The notes under the pieces are model-generated. The model made no database searches and was not told the origin of the DNA. It saw only the letters and a list, made by a program, of their open reading frames with translations. A stretch of DNA of 63,738 nt, filler included, from Choristocarpus tenellus KU-1152 (taxonomy: Eukaryota; Protista; Phaeophyceae): NCBI GenBank assembly GCA_964200185.2. It is 10 parts of 10 records of this genome, joined end to end, with 100 filler letters (N's around TTAATTAATTAA, not from the genome) between each part and the next. Parts side by side here need not be neighbours in the genome. Positions count along the whole stretch, not along the records: positions 50,739 to 56,117 come from CAXNAD020010978.1; positions 56,218 to 60,988 come from CAXNAD020013121.1; positions 61,089 to 63,738 come from CAXNAD020025959.1; 7 more parts are not named here. The stretch is one strand, 5' to 3'. The position numbers and the translations under genes were made by a program. Position 1 is the first letter of the stretch; the number at the start of each line of letters is the position of its first letter. Positions 55,601 to 63,738 of this stretch are shown here, piece by piece.

Positions 55601-56085
55601 CACGCAGAACCAGGTAATCGTGTAAGGTTTCCAATTCAAGCAGGTGGGAGTTAGTTTCGACAGCCGACTTAAAATACATCAAGTAGCAGGAGTGTAGCCT
55701 ATTGCCTCCTTGCCGTGCTTTTTGTACCCCCTTCAAGTGCTTGACACGCTGTAGGACGCACCCTTGTCTGCTGAAGAGCATTACCAGCCACTTTACTGTT
55801 GTCCCCATCTGGGATGCTATAATTCTGATGTATTATTTTGGGGGGGTTATGCAAGGGTTGTTGTGTAAACACTGATTTTGTCGAGGTACCTGCTTAACTT
55901 CATTGCCTTCATGTATTCTTGGGAGTGTTTTATTTTTTACATCTCTGAACCTGGCATACAATGTGGAACTACTATAGGGTACTCTCAGTGGACTTTTAAA
56001 TCACAGTACCCGACTCAGGCCTTGTATAACTCAGGACATGGGCCAAGATCACTGCCAGAGTATTTGGGATTCGGGGTGGAGGAAT

Positions 56086-56117
56086 GGCTCAAAGTATCTG
56101 GGGGTGGGTAGCGGCTG
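56086..56117. mobile_element. MITE family A terminus at contig end
   Basis: GGCTCAAAGTATCTGGGGGTGGG. Confidence 0.8.
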
Positions 56118-56217
56118 NNNNNNNNNNNNNNNNNNNNNNNNNNNNNNNNNNNNNNNNNNNNTTAATTAATTAANNNNNNNNNNNNNNNNNNNNNNNNNNN
56201 NNNNNNNNNNNNNNNNN
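56118..56217. other. Artificial contig linker
   Basis: 44 N + TTAATTAATTAA + 44 N. Confidence 0.98.
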
Positions 56218-56436
56218 CCCCTCACAAATTACCCCCCAGATACTTTGACCCATTTTGTACAATGGCAGAAGGGCCTTTCCTAAATTGTGGTGTCACTTTT
56301 TGTGTGGAACGGGAGAATGCCAATTCTTCCTGCACTATTCGCATAAAGTAATGAAATAGAGCGCATTACACAGAGTAGGAAAGTTTAGAATGCAAAAGAG
56401 TCCAAACCCACCCACAACTCTTAATTGTTTTGGCTC
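56218..56436. mobile_element. MITE family A end (56218-56251) abutting internal and terminal part of MITE family D (56252-56436)
   Basis: CCCCCAGATACTTTGACCC is followed by ATTTTGTACA...TGTGGTGTCAC...AATGAAATAGAG...GTTTTGGCTC, collinear with the reverse complement of 2481-2675. Confidence 0.75.
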
Positions 56437-56799
56437 GAGATACTGATCTGATGCAAACACACTCTCATCGTATACACCTAAACCACTATTAACACTGAGG
56501 TACAATGACTCGATCAAAGTCAGAAATCCTGAGATTCTCAAGGCAGAAGCGAGAGTCAATGAGCTGGTGCTAAGACCCTCGATCTAACCTATCCCAAAGA
56601 ACCATTAATAATAATGATCACATGTACTGCGTGATGTGATGCTCGCGTAGGCTGTTGAAAATTTGTGTATATGTGGCGATGATAGCAAATAGATGATGTA
56701 AATTTGAACGGAGGCACGTGAATTTCTAGTTCTCCCTCTGTTGATTTAACACCGTTACAGGTGAAGGTCTTGTTCACCAATAACAAATTTGCCCATTGT

Positions 56800-57037
56800 G
56801 AGCTATAGTAAACGAGAGGTACCCACGTTTTGGGCAGTTTTGCATTTCAAGTTTGTTGCAGTTCACTCATCTTTCTATGGGCTATGTTTGACCTGAGAGC
56901 GTTTATTTTCTCTGTTTGAAAAACTACGACACAATGAAGAAAATATCCTTTACACATTTGTAAAAAAGAGCGAATTTTGTACATACTTGTCAGCATCCTT
57001 AAATGCAAGTCTGGTTAACTCTCGTTTACTTTAATTC
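56800..57037. mobile_element. MITE family C copy
   Basis: GAGCTATAGTAAACGAGAGGTACCC ... CTCTCGTTTACTTTAATTC. Confidence 0.8.
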
Positions 57038-58904
57038 TTTAGAATGTTGATATCTACGCAATTTAACGTTCTACATGTTTTGTACTTGACTAGAGATTGT
57101 TGTATTGATGCCTATTAGTTGAACTATTGGTGGTTTATCTTTATGGTTGTAATAGTTTTTTGTTAGTTTATTGGGCTATATCAGATGTTTATCATCATAA
57201 TACAGTACTTTGTACACCCCCCTGATTCTAATGTTACCACTGAGATGCTGCTATCGTATATTGTATATTCCCTCTATCTTATAATCCCAACACATACGAC
57301 CATCTATGTTACCACTTGTCTATTTGGTCATTGTTTTCAACTCACTTATACTAAAGGTTATAGTCCGTTATACGATCCCCAGATTTTTACTAACAAAAGA
57401 GACATTTCATGTCGCAGCATAATGGATTTGTGGATATCATGTAGCAACATATTCGTTCATGTAAGAGGGTATTACAATTTGCGAGGTTTTGTAAAGACAA
57501 GCACTGTGATCCTTCAGGTTGGTCTGAATATATTATTGATGTTCCACATTCTCTCATCAAGTCGTTAAGTGGTACTTACATAATATGCATGTATTTATCA
57601 ACTTGAATTTGCATAATAAGATGTCTTCCTTATTCCTAACGAAGAGGAAGTAATATATTTCTATAATTTGGTGTAGTTTGTTGCTGCATGGCATCACATA
57701 TTCATGCACGCACATACATTGGTTTGTTTATCAATTTTGAACATCAGGTGGACACCCTGTGGCTTGATCCCTTGCTTGTCACCATGTGGAAGATACTGGT
57801 GATGCCGTGTGTTGTGGGTGTCTAAGATACGGGGTATTGACTTAAATTTTTTTTCACCAGGGCGGTAAATTTCAGAAAAAAAGCTATTTTCCTAAGGATA
57901 CAGATTATGTTATCTATGGGGTTAGGTATGATATCAAGTTTGAAAAAGAATGCCAGAACAACTGATGAAGAGGTCCTAGGCACACAACAAGGAGGCGTGA
58001 AGGACTTTGTTCTTGATCCTAGTCAGTTATTTCTTGTCTCTCCATAGAAAAGTATGACTAGGATTCAATAGTGTTTCACGCGGATAACTGATTAGTTACT
58101 ACGAATGGTTTCTCCACTGATACTATGATTTACAAATGTACAGAGTATTTGTCATTGATTCATGATTTGGGTAGTCACTTGTTTGTGATATTATTGTCTT
58201 TCCAACAAAACATGGTATATCCCACTAGTAGTACGTAGTAGAGTATATTTAACCGAACATAGCATAGCTTTCTTTTTAGTAGGTCAAACATGTCTCCAGG
58301 GTGGTCTGTGCTCTGAGGATAACCCTGACGGTGTTGTTCCAATGTAACAACAAACGCTAATTTCGAATAATCAATTAGGGTAGAATATGTGGCAGGTACC
58401 CCCAATTGTGCTCATCACTGGTCGAGCCCAGCAAATAATATGTAGTTTCACAATTTAATCATTTATTTCAGCGTTCCAGATGATGAGAATGGGTAGGGTT
58501 GTTGCTTGCCTACCTGCTGATGAAAGTACTTGCTCCTCACAACAATAAGCAACGCAATAAACTGCCCACCCCCAGCACACATCACACATCGTGCCTTTTA
58601 GATGAAAAAAAAACCAGAAATGGTTGCCCCACATTCCGTATGGAAATGGGTACGTCATCTCAAAACCATCCAAGAGGGTATGATAGAGTTGAAGGTTGAA
58701 AGTCGAGAGATTAGTAGTGTTTTGGTTTTTAATCAGGTAAGAAAGTCGAGTTGAACTCTACATACATAAAAGGACGTACCTCCATGTAGTACCTGCACGT
58801 AAAAAAACATACAGGGTTTGTGCCGTTGGATGTTCGGGATATCACGTTTAAATTGTGGTTGAACAATGCAGTCAGGTGAAGGTATATTCTTGCATTGCCG
58901 AGGT

Positions 58905-59085
58905 GAACCAAAGTATCTTGGGGGGGGGAGGGGTCTGCACCAGGGTGTCCATTTGGGCCAAAATCGGGAAAAGTGAATTTTCATTATCTATCAGATGTAC
59001 GCAACCAAATCACCCAAAAATAGCGACATGAAAAATTGACCCCAAATGGAGAGTCGCCACCCCCCCCCCCCAGATACTTTGAGTC
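58905..59085. mobile_element. MITE family A, full copy
   Basis: GAACCAAAGTATCT ... AGATACTTTGAGTC, flanked by AGGT on both sides. Confidence 0.9.
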
Positions 59086-59227
59086 AGGTATGGATCTTCA
59101 TTCCTGGACGTGTTGTTGTTGATGGAGGTGCGTTGAAGTGGATGATCTGGAGTTAGTTTGGAGAGGGACAGGTCGACCGGAGCAACAAGAAAAAACAATC
59201 GAGAACTCGGACATTCGAATCATCTGT

Positions 59228-60495
59228 TCACTTGAGACGTGAAGCATAGGCGATCTCCAGCTGTAGTTAGGTTGTATCCGAGGAAAGGGGAGGATGAAAG
59301 CACGAAGCAAAACACTCTTGTAAACAGCAGTAAATTGTAACTATGGGGAACGATGGCTTGATCCACCACACCACTAAAATAGAGGCTCTGAATGTCTATA
59401 CTTTCTACTCTCTTCTACTCTGTTGGTGGGATGCAGATTATGTGTATGTGTGATTCTATCTGTGAAATGGCAAAGAGCGCTACAGGGATTTTAGTCCAGG
59501 TGAGGACTGGATCTAGTATATTGATAGAGGTCAGCATGGAAAATTTACACGAAGCTGCACCAGAGAGGTCTGGGCGCAACAAGGGTAGCTATGGGGCCAC
59601 TTACAGGCCGAGCCTCCAGCGGTGCTTTCACCTGGTGTGCAACTCAAGGCTTGTGGAGTTAAGTAAAACATGAGATCACCTCCACCTATCTATCTCCCCC
59701 CCTCCCTTCCCTATCCCGTACCCAAGGGCACCCGCCTAACCCACTATTCTAATCCCTGCAATGCTCTTGTATTGTCATATTGTCAAGAGAGAGGGATCAC
59801 TTGGTCTACCCTTTGAACCACGGTACAGGAATGATCTATTGAACAAAAAAAAGGAAGTTAGTAAAGCTGTATCAAAGAGGGAGCCACAATATTGTAGGGG
59901 TTGCTGTTGAGTGAAAGGGACCTCTGTGACTGGTTTCTTGTACATGTGCTCCTAGCACTCTGGAAGGTTGTTTCACACTTGTGGAGACAAACCTTTGTCT
60001 CGTTATCTACAGCCATGGCCTCCTGATGGATGCTAGCTGCATTTTGGGAATGGGAATGGGGGGTTCTTGGGCAAAGATTTTGCAAGCTCCTTGCACTAAA
60101 AACGATCTAAAGCACCCCTTCTCTAAGGATACTATAGGTCAGGAAGAGGAAGAAACAGTCAGTGTATTTGGTCTGCACCAACCCCGAAGTAGTTACTGCC
60201 TCAAGTTGACAACATCACACATGACAACAAACCTACGCAACATCCAACGGGGATAACAGCACAGCAACAACGATATCAGTGCCTTTAATCCTACCAAAAA
60301 CATGGCTACAATTCTTTTCTGTTGATTTTTTTGCACAAAAGGATGGCTTGCTTACCTACTTACATACAACAACAAAAAGAGGATAAAGTTCCTTTTTCTG
60401 ATACGGGGGGATGGGGGGGGAGGGGGGGTATAAAAAAAAAAAGGATGACTTCCATACAAATTAAAAAAAAAAAAAAAAAAGTGGAGATTGTGCTT

Positions 60496-60531
<36 letters not shown>

Positions 60532-60988
60532 ATAAATCGACAAAATGCAGCCATTTTTTTCTTTTCAAAGATAGCGCATGGTAAAATCCATAACGTACAA
60601 AAACGCCACCGCAATACACCAATACCAAGTTATGTATCATCCAGCCGTCCGTAAACTAGAAAAAAACTTACACAGCCCACCCCCCCCATAAAAAAGAGGG
60701 AGCGCAAAGCATTAAAAAAACCGAAAAGGAAGCAAATCGCTAATGCTGATAACAAGTCTCCCACTGGGCATCTTCTGCTGTGAGGAGATGCTCCACTACC
60801 TGGTCCACTGCACTACCCCTCTCAACCACATCTACTCGTACGAGTTCATTGTCAGGTATTGCAGCACCCTCCTCATCAACACAGCGCTCCTTGACCCCTT
60901 GCATCCAAGAGCACTTTACTAACCCTGTGCCACCATCCCCAGATCCGTCCCCCCCCCCCCCCCCCCCCCCCCCTCCCCCCCCCGGGCC
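59228..60988 (-). CDS. Possible 3' end of an unknown spliced gene with micro-exons
   Basis: Open exon ~60988-60800 (…WMQGVKERCVDEEGAAIPDNELVRVDVVERGSAVDQ|GTAGTG), then candidate phase-0 micro-exons 59951-59922 (EHMYKKPVTE), 59631-59605 (VKAPLEARP|GTAAGT) and 59260-59228 (LEIAYASRLK*). No homology recognised. Confidence 0.3.
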
Positions 60989-61088
60989 NNNNNNNNNNNN
61001 NNNNNNNNNNNNNNNNNNNNNNNNNNNNNNNNTTAATTAATTAANNNNNNNNNNNNNNNNNNNNNNNNNNNNNNNNNNNNNNNNNNNN
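60989..61088. other. Artificial contig linker
   Basis: 44 N + TTAATTAATTAA + 44 N. Confidence 0.98.
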
Positions 61089-61139
61089 GAGAAAGTATCG
61101 ATATGTTTTTTTTTGTATTGATGATTATTTCATATCGAT

Positions 61140-61206
61140 CAGTCAATGTTGGGTCAAGCCCATCCTCAATGAAAAGCTCCATCCTCAATTTTTGAAATCC
61201 GCTGTT
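61140..61206. repeat. Dispersed repeat E (inverted relative to 11205-11271)
   Basis: GGGTCAAGCCCATCCTCAATGAAAAGCTCCATCCTCAATTTT is the exact reverse complement of the core at ~11218-11259. Confidence 0.8.
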
Positions 61207-61269
61207 CTTGACTCATGATCAGATGGCAGCGCACACCAAACTATTTCTACTACCCTAGGGACTACCTGT

Positions 61270-61412
61270 TGCACTGAAATGAATTGCACCGCCCGATATG
61301 TGCTTTAATAGTGCTCAAAAATATAATAAAGTATAGTTTATTGCACAGGGTAAGAAGATGTCTTACATTACGAAAGGGTCCAAATCTGCTCACCTTTTAA
61401 TCGATTTAGGTC
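61270..61412. mobile_element. Diverged MITE family D-related copy
   Basis: ATTGCACAGGGTAAGAA...AAGGGTCCAAA.CTG...ATCGATTTAGGTC matches the D terminal region. Confidence 0.55.
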
Positions 61413-62502
61413 AACCTTAACCTTAGCGCTATCCCTGTTATGGCAGCAGAAATCGAATACTTCGATTTATGATAGAAGAAAACATTCGAAAAATATCATA
61501 TTCTACGATTTATGGTGTTGTTATTGTGTTTGTTGTGTGTATGTAGTGCAATGACATTTTTACTTAATACCTTCACAAGTATATAAATTCTTCACAACAA
61601 CGGTCTGAGGGTGTAGCGGAAAGATACTCAAAAGAAAGCAATATCATAACTCTGCTTTGATTGAGAATTCAAAGGGTACTTAAATACCTTTAAGAACAAT
61701 GTTTTAGCTTTTGCTAAGTTGAAACAATCTGCCTGGGGCACCATCCGACTAGGTACTCTAAAACACGATTATTTTGGTAAGTTCAACAGATTGCTGCGTT
61801 TGCTAACAAAATTCAAAATGCATGTTCTTAGAATGACCATAGCAATGTGTACGCTCACTAGAAGGAGTTGCCTGTGTGACAGAGGGATGAAGTCGTATTT
61901 ATAGACAGGCATAGGTGGTGTCAAAATGTTGTATTAATTGTTTAAAATAGTAAGTCGTCTTCACCAATCAGATTACACTAGCTATCATGGTGCGGAAGGA
62001 CTCTCCATTCCGACCCCCTTGACGGATTGCTGGCATTGAAGTGTCCCATGTGAACTATTCTTTGCAACAAGCCCATAGTGACCACCCTCCACTCTGATTG
62101 TCCCCAAGGAGATGGATATCAGTTGAGCAAGTGTACACATCGACATTATCGTTCTGAACGGTGTTAAGAAGAAGAAGGAAAAAGAAGAAAAAGAAAACGG
62201 GAGAAAAGAAGGCAACTAACTCTATCTCCTGGGAGCGTAACAAATCTTCTAGAACCTAGGTGTAATCCACTCTCACTAAGTAACACCCACCCAGGGTAAA
62301 ATGCTTGAGTCATATTATAGTTAGGTCCACTCCATACGAAAACACCTCTACTCATGTTCTACCTATCACCTATCCGACCATGGCTCCGTTAGATTAAACC
62401 ATGAAGTACTACAACATATTTTCCATGGGTAAGATGTTGCATGGATATTCCGTAATATTCCCTTTATCCATGTCCTTACCTCTCTGAATTCGACGCAACT
62501 GA

Positions 62503-62580
62503 GGCATCCTTGCAACTTAGTGGTCAGAGGCTCTCACCCCCGCAAAGGTATGTGTGGGTTTGAACCCGCAAGTGGGCATC
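62503..62580 (+). pseudogene. tRNA-like pseudogene or tRNA-derived SINE head
   Basis: A-box-like TGCAACTTAGTGG and B-box-like GGTTTGAACCC at tRNA spacing. Acceptor and anticodon stems pair poorly. Confidence 0.35.
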
Positions 62581-63738
62581 TTCTCATATCCCAGTAAGCA
62601 CCCGCACAACTGCCAAGGTCCACACTATCAAGGTTCCATATATTCAAGAATAGAGCATAAGTCCAAACACCGAACACAATTAGAGAGAAAAAGAACTTCA
62701 AGCAAGATCATGACAGTCAATTGACCACAGCTCTCAAACATCTCTGTCCCTCCTGCCATTCATCGATGAAGTTCTAGACTCATGTGATCATGAAGTTTGT
62801 ACCATCCAAGAAAATTCCTTTCTAGTTCGAAGCGAGTTAGTGGTGAAGGTGAAAAACAATGTGTCTTCCTTGTAGATAGAGAGAGACTTGCCCTCAAGTA
62901 TGATTGACTCAGATTTTGTTGATGTTGGGGTCTTGCACGGTGTCTTGGAGTGTCTTGTGAGTTGACTTGTATTGTTTACACACCATACATATATGATCCA
63001 CATGTAACGTGTTTGGGAGAGTATTCACTACACCATTTGGTCATGCAGTGTCCATTTACTATAATAGTAGTGGACGGCATGCACCTCTAGTGATGATGTT
63101 GGTCTATTCGTAGTATCACAGTGCCATCTGACTGCTGTACTTGTTTTTCATGGAGTACAGGACTCCGTATGCTCATATACAAATGTGACTAACACCGACC
63201 AGACTGAAACAAGAACTGCACTAGATTGACATCTGGGAATACCCCCCCCTATTCTACCTACTGATCCATTTCCACAAGGAGCAAACTTTGTACGCAGGGT
63301 TGGCCTTGATCACTATACTTAGCGCCTCAACGCATACAGTGTCACAACAACTCTGACTCATCCATCTGCTGGATTCAGTTTTCTGTTTCCGAACTTCACA
63401 CCCACACCCACCAATGCGGAGTCTGTTTCTAGGAATGCTCTTACATGGATAGTTGTACGTACTTCAGTACTTCAAGGTACACCAATCAATACAGTATCTA
63501 TCCCGATTTCATGCCAAATATTATGAACCAAATAAAAAAATATGCAAATTTGTACCGCTTTTTTCGACATGTTAAAAAAAATAGGCTTTTGTACCGGAAT
63601 TCTCGTATTCGGGTGATTTGGCACAAACTCCCAGAGATATTCACGCGAGTTTGGCGCGTGAGTAAAAAATTCTCGGGAAAAGTGCCTTTCTTCCTGAGTC
63701 ATATGACCATACAGCAATACAGTACGTTGCTGGTAGGG

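Noticed and set aside
54313-55808. Short ORFs in the 54-56 kb region
   Set aside because: No recognisable motifs and no consistent exon chain.
56086-56251. A single MITE-A spanning the linker, implying true contig adjacency
   Set aside because: The right flank is internal MITE-D sequence and the left flank is not; the flanking triplets also differ (AAT vs ATT).

Overview
This is eukaryotic nuclear DNA, intron-rich and full of transposon debris. Splice signals and gene content suggest a flagellated organism, possibly a stramenopile/brown-alga-like genome (inference only). The window is not contiguous: it is ten short contigs joined by nine identical artificial 100-nt linkers (44 N + TTAATTAATTAA + 44 N), so neighbourhoods across linkers carry no biological meaning. 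Spliced genes reconstructed by hand: a 34-exon internal fragment of an axonemal (inner-arm-type) dynein heavy chain (17002-37015, +, about 1450 aa, two GC-AG introns); five exons of PRP8 (37765-40492, +); the 3' end of a divergent actin-related gene (13638-15574, -); the 5' part of a FYVE-like zinc-finger gene (3797-7473, -); a CCDC148-like coiled-coil fragment (42441-44127, -); and a spliced, stop-free hAT/BED-type transposase fragment (47868-50453, +). Mobile remnants include Copia pol fragments, a hAT dimerisation domain and a possible IS630/Tc1-like fragment. The main unexplained structure is about 24 copies of four MITE families with different internal sequences but closely related termini (typically G[A/G]NYCAAA). 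They nest in each other and in Copia, and sit at half of the contig ends. I found no convincing novel multi-gene system. The best leads are the MITE set, the intron-containing transposase and the unusual splice-site usage (GC donors, AAG|G acceptors).
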